64,000 nt of DNA, from NCBI GenBank assembly GCA_918797485.1, contig CAKKNE010000003.1, positions 372,001 through 436,000 on the forward strand, given 5' to 3'. Source of the DNA: Pelagomonas calceolata (Eukaryota). Position numbers and translations under genes: made by a program. Every line of letters begins with the position of its first letter. The first letter of the stretch is position 1. Of the stretch, positions 18,301 to 28,872 are shown in pieces. Under the pieces are notes generated by a model. That model was not told the origin of the DNA. It saw only the letters and a list, made by a program, of their open reading frames with translations, and made no database searches.

Positions 18301-21300
18301 CCGACGAAGTGGTGGCCGTCGGTGTCGTCGTAGACCAGATCAAAGGTCTCGTCGTCGTCGGAGTCCTCGGGTCCTAGACCACCGATGAAGTGGTGGTCCG
18401 GCGACGGCGGCGCGCCTTTGTCGTCGCCGTCGTCGTCGTCCATGCGGTGGGACCGCAGGAAGCCGTGGCGGACCTTCCTCCACACAGTCCCATCATCACA
18501 AACGACGTCGTAGCGCTGGTGGCCCTCGGACGCCTTCCACGGCAGCACGACGCCGATCTCGATTTTTCCTAAGATCGCACAGGTCCAGATCATTATCTTC
18601 GTGAAGGGATAGGCCGCGAAGGGCCGGTCGTCCCAGACGTCCGGGCGGCAGTAGGCTAAGTATATGAGGATCAGCAAATTCACCAAAGCGTGCGCGATCC
18701 ACAGATAGATGGACAAGCGGAGGGCCCGCTCCGCCCGTGACGAACTCGTCAGGCGCCGCCGCTCCTCCTCAAGGACCTCCTCGCCCTCGTTCGCCCGGCG
18801 CCGTCTATCACATATGAAGTAGAGGTCGCCGCCCGTGTCCGCCATGCCCCCCGCCAATACGAATTGGGCGGCGAGCGGGAACCCAACTAACCCGGCGTGG
18901 CTCGCCTTGACGCCGGCGGCGACCGCGACGGCCGCGCCGCCGAACGCCGCGGGCGCGACGCTCGCGACGGAGCACTCGCCGCCCGGCACGGCCGCCAGGA
19001 GCGGCTGGTCTTCTTGTATGGGCTCGGCGACGGCTTCCGGTGACGGCGGGAGCGTTGGTACGGGCGACGGCATCTTCGAGGGCCGCGCCGTTGTCGGTAG
19101 GGGACTCAACGAAGGTGATGGTGAAGGTACATGCGAAGGATGGTGACTTGGCGCGGGCGACGCCGTCGGCGCCGGACTTATGGAAGGTTGCGGACTAGGA
19201 TAAGGCGAGACGCTCGGCGCGGCCGTCGTCGGCGCGGCCGTCGTCGGCACGTGCGTCGGGTCCCGCCAGCACCCGTTCAGCGTCTGTGTGACTTCATCAG
19301 AAGGCTCCGAGGCGCCCGCGTTGTTCTCGGCCACGACCGTCAGCGTCACCGTCGAAAAGCAGGCCACGTTCTCCTCGAGCGCGAAACTGAGCGTTTCCGC
19401 GGTGCGCCGCCGCCAGCCCTTCTTCGCGTCCCACTCTCGTTTTGATCCGTCTTTGTTAAAACCGTCCGTCTCGCCGTGCGTCCGGTTCCGGTTGTGGCGC
19501 TCGCGGTTGCTCGACCGCGCGAGCCGTCTCCTCCTCAACCGCCGGTCGCCCGAGTCCACGGCGACCGCCAACACATCGCCGTCGTACAATAAGTAGGTCG
19601 CCGCCTCGCCCCCATAACCCTCGTCGGTCCAGGCCGTCTCAGAGGTATCTGGGTCCAGGGTAATATTCACCGGCGGGTCCGGCGGATCTAATGTAGTGGG
19701 CTGGATCGTTGGCAGAGGCGAGATCGACGGGAAGGGTGAAGGTTGTGCTGTGGTCGGTGTGGCCGTCGTCGGCATAAATGAGGGGTTGGACGTGGTCGGG
19801 AAAGGGACGGGCTGGAGCGAGGGCGCGACGGTCTTCGTGGCGACGGCCGTTACCGAGCAGACCTCGGTACCTGGCTTAAAGGTCGCGTTCACGAAGGTGG
19901 CCGTCATTACCGTCTCGAAGACCTCGGCGACCTCTATCACACTTCCCGAGCCGCCCGTGTAGACGGGCAGCTCGACGGCCGGGAGGACCACGGTCACGAC
20001 GTACGACGTGATGATTGTAGTGGTATTCGTAGAAAAGCACTGGTCGTCCAGCAGGCGTCTCCTACTGAGCGTCGGCAGGGGCGTGGGCATCGATGAAGGT
20101 ATGATGGTGGGCTGGGGTGTCGGCGCGGCCGTGGGGACCTCGGACGGCATCGATGAAGACGGTATTGATGAAGGCGCGCTCGTCGGCTCGACCGTCGTCG
20201 GCGGCGCCGTCGTCGGCTCCGCGGTGGCCTCCACCGTCGGCGGCGCCGTCGTCGGCATGGACGACGGCGCCGCCGCCGGCGCGACGGTCGGCATGGCCGT
20301 CACATTCATGTCCGCACAGACCATGTGCCCGATGCGGCTGCGCTCGACGCCTAGCAACTCCGCGAGGTAGTCCTCGGCCACCGCGACGCCGTCCGAGAAC
20401 TCGAGGGGGTCGCAGTCGGACGCGTTGGCGCCCGCGGTGGTCGCCGTGGCGTTCGAGAGCCGCGTAGAGGTACGATTCCGCCGCGCCGACCACGAGACGT
20501 CGATGGCGACCGTCGCGATCGTCGGCGCCAGTGAGGCCTCGCGCGTCGGCGGCGACGTCGGTGTCGGCGACGGCAGGAACGACGGCGCGGGCGACGGCGG
20601 GGTCGTCGGCATGGATGTCGGTGTCGGCGACGGCAGGAACGACGGCGCGGGCGACGGCGGGGTCGTCGGCATGGATGACGGCACCGAGGAGGGCACGCCC
20701 GTCGGATACCAGGTATATAGGACGGCGAGCGGCCGCGTCGCGACCACACAGGTCCCGTCGGTGCAAGCCACGTGCACGCCGTAGACGCCGATGTTCGTGC
20801 CGTAGGGCAAGTCAAAGGAGAAGGCGCCGTCGTTCGGCGTCGTCAGCGGGCCGACGATGGTCGCGTCGTCTCGAAAACACGTCACGTCGACGTCGAGGCA
20901 GCTGGTCGCGGGGCCGGTGTAGGTCCACGTGACGGGGCACGGCAAGTCGGCGACGCAATCAAGGTCTGCGGGCTGGGTCAGGAAGCAGCCCGTCGGGGCC
21001 GGCGAGGGCAGTGGCGACGGCGGCGTCGTCGGGACGAACGTGGGCTCGGTTGTTGGTGTGCCGCTCGGCCGTGACGACGGCGGCGTCGTCGGGACGAATG
21101 TGGGCGCGGTTGTTGGTGTGCCGCTCGGCCGCGACGACGGCGGCGTCGTCGGGACGAATGTGGGCGCGTTTGTTGGCGTGCCGCTCGGCCGCGACGACGG
21201 CGGCGTCGTCGGGACGAATGTGGGTGCGGCCGTCGGCGCGCGCGTCGGCGTCGGCGTCGGCACGGACGTCGGGGTGGCCGTCGGGGCGGACGTCGGCATG

Positions 21301-24238
21301 GATGACGGCACCGGGGAGGGCGCGATCGTCGGCGCAAAGCTATAGGCGACGGCGAGCCGCCGCGTCGCGTCGACGCACGTCCCGTCGGTGCAAGCCACGC
21401 GCACGCCGTAGATCCCGCCTTGAATGCCGTAGGGCAAATTGAAGGAGAAGGAGCCGTCGTTTGGCGTCGTCAGCGGGCCGACGATGGTCGCGTTGTCTCG
21501 CGTCGCGATCACGTCGACGTCGAGGCAGTCGGTCGCGGGGCCGGTGTAGGTCCACGTGACGGCGCACGGCGAGTCGGCGAGGCACATCTTCTTGAACGCG
21601 GGCTGGGTCAGGAAGCAGCCCGTCGGGGCCGGCGAGGGCAGCGGCGACGGCGCCGTCGTCGGGACGATTGTGGGCTCGGATGTCGGTATTGTGGACGGGA
21701 CGGACGTCGGCGCAGCCGTTGGCACCGCCGTCGGCTCGGCCGTCGGTATTGTGGATGGGACGGACGTCGGCGCAGCCGTCGGCACCGCCGTCGGCGCGGC
21801 CACGGGCACGCCCGTTGGCTCGGGCGACGGCTGCGTCGTGGGCTCGCCCGTCGGCGTGCCCGTGGGCACGCTCGTGGGCTCAGCCGTCGGCACCGCCGTG
21901 GGCTCGGGCGACGGCACCGCCGTGGGCACGCTCGTGGGCTCGGGCGACGGCGGCGTCGTGGGCGCGGCCGTCGGTATCATGGATGGAACGGCCGTCGGCT
22001 CGCTTGTCGGCACCGCCGTCGGCCCGGCGAAGGGCACGCTCGTGGGCACGCTCGTGGGCTCGGGCGACGGCGGCGTCGTGGGCGCGCCCGTCGGCGTGCC
22101 CGTGGGCACGCTCGTGGGCTCAGCCGTCGGCGGCGTCGTGGGCTCGGGCGACGGCGGCGTCGTGGGCGCGCTCGTGGGCTCAGCCGTCGGCACCGCCGTC
22201 GGCGAAGCCGTCGGCATTGTGGACGGGACGGCCGTCGGCTCGCCCGTCGGCACCGCCGTCGGCGCGGCCGACGGTCGTGTGGACGGGACGGCCGTCGTCG
22301 GCACGGGCGACGGGTAGAAGGTCGAGGAGACGGTGATGTTCGCCGGACAGTTGAGGCCGTCGTTGTTCGCGCTGCTGTCGGAGTTCGACCGCCAGACGAG
22401 GGTCGCGTTCCTCTCCTTGCATATCGTGTGCGTACTGCTATCCGTGCCCGTGTTGAAACAGGAAGAAGGTACTTGGAGCGGGAGCATGAGCTCGAAGAGG
22501 CCCCAGCCGTCATTACTGGCGAAGAAGACGCGCCACTTGCCCGAGATGGGGTAGCTGAAGGCACTTCCAAACAGGCTCTTGCCCGTGATCGGCGTCGTTT
22601 CCTGCCAGTTCAGGTTCGCCCGGAGGACGGCGTATCTGTCCGGTAATCTGGTGGATGCGTCGATCCTAATCACAACAAGCTTCGTGGCGCCCGTCTCCAA
22701 TCCTACGAGATAGGTCGCATCATCAACACCGTCGTCAAAGACCTCGCGGCCCCCTTCTACCACTCCCGTGATATCGACCAAACCAGCGTACCACAGGTCC
22801 GCGGAGAAGGCGACGGCCGTGGACGTGGAGAAGACTGGAGATTTGGTATCAACGTCTTTCACCAGAAAGACCTTGGTCTGGCCCCCAGGGTCCTGGCCCA
22901 ACGATTTGGTATAGTAGTAGTCCGACCCGACCACGACTCCAGCGTTCGGCGCCCTGTGATCTAAAGTACCGTCGAAGCAGGCCATGCCCTCCCCGTCGAA
23001 GAAGCAGAGCTCCGTCGAGAACGCGCCAAGCAAGTAATTCTGTTTGACGCCGCCGATCCTGGCGTTCACTAGACCCACGGCGTTCGTGTGCGCGGAAGCG
23101 TGCATCCAGTCGAGCTCGTAGATGAGGGTGTAGGTGCCGGTCGCGAAATCGAGTTCGACCACTCGATAGGTCCCATCGACGCGCATGACCTGGATCGGGT
23201 TGTTGTACCGCGAACAGTTAAAAGGCTCGCGCGCGAAGGCCAGCGTCGGCACGGGCCTGCGTTTGGAGATATTCTATCCCAGCAGCACGCCATCGACGCG
23301 ACGCGACACATTTTGAAGCATTTCCGCACAGATCTTTGCGTCGGGAGCGTGGTCGGCGTGAACGTCGGGACGCCCGTCGGCAGGGCCGAGGGTTTGCTGC
23401 TCGGCACTCCGGTCGGCACGGGCGTCGGGCCCGGCGTCGTCGGCAGCGCCGTGAAGCTCGGGTGCGGCGACGGGGCCGTCGTCGGCACGGTCGTGGGCAC
23501 CGACGTGGGTATGTTCGTGGGGACGGGCGTCGGCTGGTCCGTAGGTGCCTCGGACGGGGCCGCCGTCGACGGGACCGGCGTGGGCACGGCCGTCGGCGCG
23601 GGCCTCGGCGCCCGGCTACCGGTGGGTTTCATCGTCGGCCCGGCCGTCGGCAGCCCCGTCGGCACGCCCGTGGGCACGGGCGTTGGGTGCCGCGAGGGCC
23701 CCGGCGAGGGGTAGCCGGACGGCGGGTCCGTGGGAGGCGACGTCGGCACGCGCGACGGTACTGAGGTGGGAACCTGGCTGGGGTTCTTCGTGAACAGCGT
23801 AGGCACGGGCGTCGGCACGCCCGTCGGCTCCGCACTAAAAGATGGGTGCGGCGTCGGCGATCCGGATGGTACCGCGGTCGGTTCTGTGGTTGGGACTTGC
23901 GTCGGCGCGGACGACGGTGGCGTCGTCGGCGTTGACGTCGGCGTCGCCGTCGGCACGGGAATCGGCACCTTGCTCGGGGGCGATGTCGGCACGATCGAGG
24001 GCTGTATCGTCGGCGGGTCCGACAGCGCGTCTACGAGAGGCGCGCACCAGAGCAGCGCCAGCGCGGTCCGCCAGCGCGGCCGCGGCCGTCGCGCGCTGCC
24101 GGGCCGCCGTCGCACGACGGGCGCCGCCGCGGCCGTCCGCCGGCGCGCGCGAGGCCGGACGTCAGGCGCGTCGTCGCGCGCCGGACGAGCCGGCGGCCCG
24201 TTTGGGGGCAGCCCCTGCTGTGCTGCCTCCGTCGTCAT
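15399..24238 (-). CDS. Giant (~2,900 aa) Pro/Thr-repeat cell-surface membrane protein; exons 24238-23340 and 23256-15399
   Basis: Two ORFs join in frame through an 83-nt GC-AG intron (LPT|PVPT). Hydrophobic leader, PT repeats, globular domain ending NNDGLNCP, two Cys-rich repeats, RRRL motifs, FN3 domain, several TM helices, His-rich and Pro-rich cytosolic regions. Confidence 0.85.
20557..20677 (-). repeat. Two coding 60-nt tandem copies (SMPTTPPSPAPSFLPSPTPT)
   Basis: The line at 20581 recurs at 20641 with a 60-nt period. Confidence 0.85.
20711..21660 (-). repeat. Internal duplication of a Cys-rich ~100-aa domain (20711-21030 and 21341-21660) around ~3.5 copies of a 60-nt repeat (21014-21229)
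   Basis: GCFLTQPA..C.VTWTYTGPAT.CLDVDV..IVGPLTTPNDG..VACTDGTCV occurs twice, offset 630 nt. Confidence 0.88.
23257..23339 (-). mobile_element. 83-nt GC-AG Introner-like intron
   Basis: GCAAAGAT CTGTGCGGAAAT...GCGTCGATGGCG...ATCTCCAAACGCAG; needed to join the two ORFs in frame. Confidence 0.65.
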
Positions 24239-24479
24239 CTAGCGGCGAATCCGCGGGGCGTGCGCATCACTGCGGTACCGCGCGGGCCGGCCGCGGGCTG
24301 CGGGCAGCGTGTACGCGCCGCGATTCATTTTTTGATCGACTTGTACAACTTGTCGTTGTGTCAAATCTGCAGTTTGCGCTGTGCGAAATTTTGAGTTGAG
24401 ACCCGTATCACGGCCTGTTGGGGTGTTCGCACTTCGCTTTGGACAGGTTTGGACGGGTGGAGAGGGCTAGCTCCTACTT

Positions 24480-24505
24480 GCTAGTGTCTTTACTTGCACG
24501 CTAGC
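24480..24505 (-). promoter_or_regulatory. Conserved upstream motif, copy 4
   Basis: Minus strand GCTAGCGTGCAAGTAAAGACACTAGC between the divergent giant-protein and AIP1 genes. Confidence 0.6.
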
Positions 24506-24703
24506 TCGATCATTTTTTCGCGCATTTTGCCGGTGGGTTCGAGCTGCTTGGAGCTAGCTGATCCACAGCGCAGCTGCAGAAGTTCTCTATTTCGAAAACA
24601 TACCAGCGCGAGCAGCGACTATCCGCGCTCCGAGCCCTGCTAGCTACAGATAGCCAGGCCTCTGCCCGGCCACCACTCGCGCGGCGACCGCGAGACGCCA
24701 TCG

Positions 24704-26509
24704 ATGTGCGACTTCCTCGCGAGCGACGGCCTCCAGGCGCGATTAGTACCGGGCCCGTCGCTAGAACGAGGCCACGCCCTCGCAATCAAGGCGCATCCCA
24801 AGGAGCCCAAATTAATCTACTGCTTCGGCAAGTATGTAGTAGTAAGAAGTCTGAACGATGCAGGAGACAACTTTGTGTATCGCGGCCACAAGCATACTGT
24901 AGGAGCCGCAGCCTTCGCGCCGAATGGGTTTTGGGTCGCGTCGGGCGACGCAAATGGTTTCTTACGGGTCTGGGCCTGGGACAACCCGGAGCACATTCTG
25001 AAGGTCGAAGTCCAGGTCTTCGCGGGCGCCATCAAAGACATACAGTGGGACGGCGAGTCGAAGAGGATCGTGGTCGTCGGCGCCGGCTCGAATATAAAAA
25101 CGAAGTGCGTCATGTGGGACACGGGCAATGCGGTGGGAGAGATGGTCGGCCACCAGAAGACCGTGTTGTCGGTCGCTTACAGACAACAGAGACCCTTCAG
25201 AATTTTTACTGGAGGCGAGGATTTCAAATGCGTTTTTTACAAGGGCCCGCCCTTCAAGCTCGACCACTCCTGCACGGAGCACACGAATTATGTCAATCAG
25301 GTCTGCTACTCGAGGGATGGGTCGCATATCGCGTCCGTTGGGTCTGATAAAAAGGTGGTGCTGTACGAGGGCAAAGAAGGGACGGTCGAGGAGACGTTGC
25401 CCGTGAAGCACCAGGGGAGCGTTTATTGTGTTGCGTTTTCCGAGGATGGCACGAAGTTAATAACTGGTGGTGCGGACAAGGCCCTGAAAGTCTGGAAGGT
25501 CGGCCGCGGCGCGGACGCGCTCGAAAGTTCGACAGAGATGGGTAAAGATGTGGCCGACATGCAGTTGGGGGTCTTCTGGGGCCACGGTCAAGCTTTATCG
25601 GTGTCGCTGTCAGGTGATGTGAACTACCTTGATGTATCATCGAGCGGCATCTCGACGTCGAAGACAGTCCAGGCTCCTTCCTCTCCAGTATCTTGTGTGA
25701 CCGTGGCCCACTCTGAAATCGTGATAGGGTGCAACGACGGCACGGTCTTCACTGCGTCTGGCGCAGAATGGACCAAAATACAGGGGACCGCGCCGCGCTC
25801 GATCAATCGAGCGGCGCACGGCGGGAAAGTGACATCAGTGTGTGCCACTTCGGATGGATTCGCGACGTGCGGCTTTGATGATAAGGTGCGGTTTGTCGTG
25901 AAGGGTGCCTATACTTCCACCGTTGTTGATGTGGAGGGCCAGCCGCTTGGACTTGGTCAAGTCGGCACAAATGTCGCGGTCGCGACGACGAAAGGTATTG
26001 GTATCATCAGCAACGGCGCGGTGGCCAAATTTGAAAGTACAAACTGGGACCCTACAACTCTAGCGACGCATGACTCGTTGATTGCCGTCGGTAGCAAAGA
26101 CGGGATCGTGCGCGTCTTCGACGCTTCGTTGAAAGAAGTGTTTTCATCAGTGGCCCACCGGTCGCAGATTACGGCGTTATCCTGGTCTTTAGATGGCTCC
26201 AAACTAGCCGCCGGCGACGCTGAAAGAGAAATCAAGGTCTACGATGCTTCCAACAAGTATACGACAGTACTGGCCAACAAGTGGCGCCACCACAACGCCC
26301 GCGTGACCGCTCTCGCGTGGGGCCCCTCCGACAGGCTCGCGTCCACCTCAAACGACGAGACCATTTATGTGTGGGACTTTGGGAAGCCCGCGACAGCCGT
26401 CAAGGAGTACAAGTTCGCCCACAAGGACGGCGGGCTCGGGCTGGCGTGGAAGGGTGCTGAATTGGTGTCGGCGGGCATGGACGGCGTGGTCTGCGTCTGG
26501 GACGCTTGA
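24704..26509 (+). CDS. WDR1: Actin-interacting protein 1 (WD40 repeat protein 1)
   Basis: 601 aa; ERGH..I, PNGFWVASGD, GAIKDIQWDGESKRIVVVG, RPFRIFTGGEDF..FYKGPPFK, WRHHNARV. Confidence 0.93.
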   Translation: MCDFLASDGLQARLVPGPSLERGHALAIKAHPKEPKLIYCFGKYVVVRSLNDAGDNFVYRGHKHTVGAAAFAPNGFWVASGDANGFLRVWAWDNPEHILKVEVQVFAGAIKDIQWDGESKRIVVVGAGSNIKTKCVMWDTGNAVGEMVGHQKTVLSVAYRQQRPFRIFTGGEDFKCVFYKGPPFKLDHSCTEHTNYVNQVCYSRDGSHIASVGSDKKVVLYEGKEGTVEETLPVKHQGSVYCVAFSEDGTKLITGGADKALKVWKVGRGADALESSTEMGKDVADMQLGVFWGHGQALSVSLSGDVNYLDVSSSGISTSKTVQAPSSPVSCVTVAHSEIVIGCNDGTVFTASGAEWTKIQGTAPRSINRAAHGGKVTSVCATSDGFATCGFDDKVRFVVKGAYTSTVVDVEGQPLGLGQVGTNVAVATTKGIGIISNGAVAKFESTNWDPTTLATHDSLIAVGSKDGIVRVFDASLKEVFSSVAHRSQITALSWSLDGSKLAAGDAEREIKVYDASNKYTTVLANKWRHHNARVTALAWGPSDRLASTSNDETIYVWDFGKPATAVKEYKFAHKDGGLGLAWKGAELVSAGMDGVVCVWDA

Positions 26510-26561
26510 GGGTAACGATGTGTCTTATGACTTGCTTGGGGAGGGAGAGGGCCTTTGTGCC

Positions 26562-27599
26562 CTAGGAGCGCCTCGGCGGCGTCGGCGAGAAGCGGCAGCT
26601 CACGCGGCGGCGGACCTTGCGCGCGGTCTTGACGAGGGCCGTGCACGCCTCCGCGGGCTCGAAGTAGGCCTTGAGGAAGAAGTCGAAGAGCGCCGCCGCG
26701 CCCTCGAAGTGCACGAGGAAGAGCGTGACGGCGAACTGAACCTGCGTGGAAATTCGTCAGTGGTTCGTCTCCGCCGCGACGCGCGCGCGCCAGTCCGCCG
26801 TCGAGTTCTGTCCATGGAATTTGATTTCTACTCGGAGCTCTACATTGAACGGCACCCACCAGCAGACCGGGACCAACTGGTGGAGCGACGCTAACACGAA
26901 GTAGAGGAGCAGGTTCTTCCGGTCCGCGGCCGCCTTGTCATCCGAACAGGCGTTCGCGGCCAACAGGATGGGGTAGAGCGTACCCACGCATAGGAGCGCG
27001 GCCGAGCGCCACGAGGCGACGAAGCAGGGCATCGCGACGACCGCCGCGGCCACGTGCGCGCGCTTGACGCCCGTCGCCACGTAGAGGTTGTCCAGCGCGT
27101 CGTCGATGCGCTCCCTGGCAATTTGGATCGGCGACGGGGGGCGATCAGACGGAGGGCAGACTCCACCGGCCTCGGGGACGAAGCGCGCCTTCGGCGTCTC
27201 GGTGCAGGTCGAGTCGCTGCTGAAGCCGACGCGTCGCAGCGGGAAGCCGTCCGCGTCCGACCGCGCGAGGAAGCTTGAACCGGCGGCGTCGGCGCGCACC
27301 GTCGGCGGCGACTCCAGGTCGGATGGCGCTGGCGGCACCGGCGTGTCGGAGAATGAGGACTCCGGCGAGGTGCTGAGATACTCCACCGAGCTCGCGGGCG
27401 ACGACGCGGGCATCGGCGTCTCGGCGTAGGTGGTCTCGGAGAAGGTCGTCGACGGCGTCTCGATCTCGTTCACGGTCGTCGCCGCGGCGAACTTGGACGG
27501 CACCACGCAGTCGTCGCTGCTGAAGGCGCTATCGTTGCGCGCGGCGAGGGCGCGGCGGCGGCGGCGGGCCGCGTGCGAGGTCGGCGCGACGGCGTCCAT
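26562..27599 (-). CDS. TB2/DP1/HVA22-family (REEP-like) membrane protein; exons 27599-26832 and 26741-26562
   Basis: VGTLYP...LLLYFV...WWVPFNVELR|VQF...EGAAALFDFFLKAY matches HVA22 spacing after removing a 90-nt GT-AG intron (26742-26831) ending AATTTCCACGCAG. Confidence 0.72.
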
Positions 27600-28400
27600 G
27601 CTATTCTTCCGGCGCGCTCGTTGCGCTTTCTTGCGGTGGCGGGCTGACGAACCCGTGGTTTCCCGCGCCGCGTGGGGCGACGGTACGTAAAAAGTACTGC
27701 AAACTGTTTTGGCTCTTGCTCCGCCCTGGGCGCGAGTCTCGTGGCGGCGCGGCGGCCGGGTGGCACTTATGTATCAGCGCGTACTACAGAGTGACGCGCC
27801 GTCTCAACGCGTCGTTTTTTGGCGTGATTAGAGTCGATTATTTCGACAGCTTTTGGGCAACGACGGCGCTTTGGCGGATTACCACGCGTCGTCGCGAGGA
27901 AGGGAGCTCTCTAGAGCCGTACACCGGACCATCGGGCGGAATGTTGGGTGCTCGGCGAACCAACGGGGCCCGCGGCCCGCGGGGCCATTCGGAGGACCCC
28001 GCGCAAAATCTTCAAAGCAGGTCTCTCCGGAGGCTCTCGGACGCTTAAGGCTGCGGCCTGATGGCTTCGCGGAGCAGCGGCCAAAAGGATTGCTTGCGGC
28101 AAGCGTCGTGGTCACAGCCAGCGTACGCGCCAGAGCCGTGCCGAGAAGGACTCACGATTGTCTCGCATCTACATTCATCCTAAATCGTGTCGCAAGCCGC
28201 GAATTTGTGCCCCGCGCGAGCTCTGGCGGTGTTTTTTGCAGACACATCTGCCTTGCGTAGCCGGCGCGCGGCCTAGGCGACATCGCGGCATCGCATGCGT
28301 CGCGCGGAGGCCGAGGGTATTTACGGCTCTACGCTGGGAGAGTGGACCGCGAGGTTGCTCGAGCGCGGCCCTGAACGAGTCGATCGACGCGCAGGTAAAG

Positions 28401-28784
28401 ATGAAGCTCGTCCTCGCTCTCGCCGTCGGCGCGTCCGCCTTCGGGGGCTTCGGCAAGAAGTCCGCCGCGCCGGCGCCGTCGCGCGGCGGTGGGAACCAGG
28501 TGGCGCAGGGCGGCCAGACGCCGACGAACATCCAGGTGGTCCCGCGGCGACGCGTGTTTTTGCCGACGTGTCAACGCGACGATCCTGACGACGAATTCGG
28601 CCACCCGCGTACGCGCGGCACTATTTTGGGGCGGCCCCTGCACGCAGGCTCAGCTCAAGCAAGGCGCTGGCGCGTGTTGACGCGGCCGGATGCGAAAGCT
28701 GTCGCCCACGTGGTCTCACGCGCTGCCGAGACGCGCAGTTTTGGCAAAAAGACGACGCGTGCTACACCAGGCGCGCGCTGGTGA
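28401..28784 (+). CDS. Small (~68 aa) plastid-targeted protein; exons 28401-28535, 28648-28673, 28739-28784
   Basis: Signal peptide with ASAF motif (MKLVLALAVGASAFGG). Two GT-AG introns give ...TNIQAQLKQGAGAFGKKTTRATPGARW*. Confidence 0.55.
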   Translation: MKLVLALAVGASAFGGFGKKSAAPAPSRGGGNQVAQGGQTPTNIQVVPRRRVFLPTCQRDDPDDEFGHPRTRGTILGRPLHAGSAQARRWRVLTRPDAKAVAHVVSRAAETRSFGKKTTRATPGARW

Positions 28785-28872
28785 CGAGATGGCCACGATT
28801 TTGTGGCTAACTGGCGCGTATGCAGCGAGTCGAGCTCGGAATTAAGACAGCTACAAGTTACAAACTACATAG

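Noticed and set aside
20557..24000. Regular short repeats resembling a CRISPR array
   Set aside because: They are in-frame Pro/Thr coding repeats without unique spacers, there are no cas genes, and the context is eukaryotic.
26742..26843. Alternative 102-nt intron with donor GTAGAGCT (5/8 match to exon start, TSD-like)
   Set aside because: The 90-nt version keeps the HVA22 E-L-[KR] motif and PF-to-GA spacing; RNA-seq is needed to exclude it fully.
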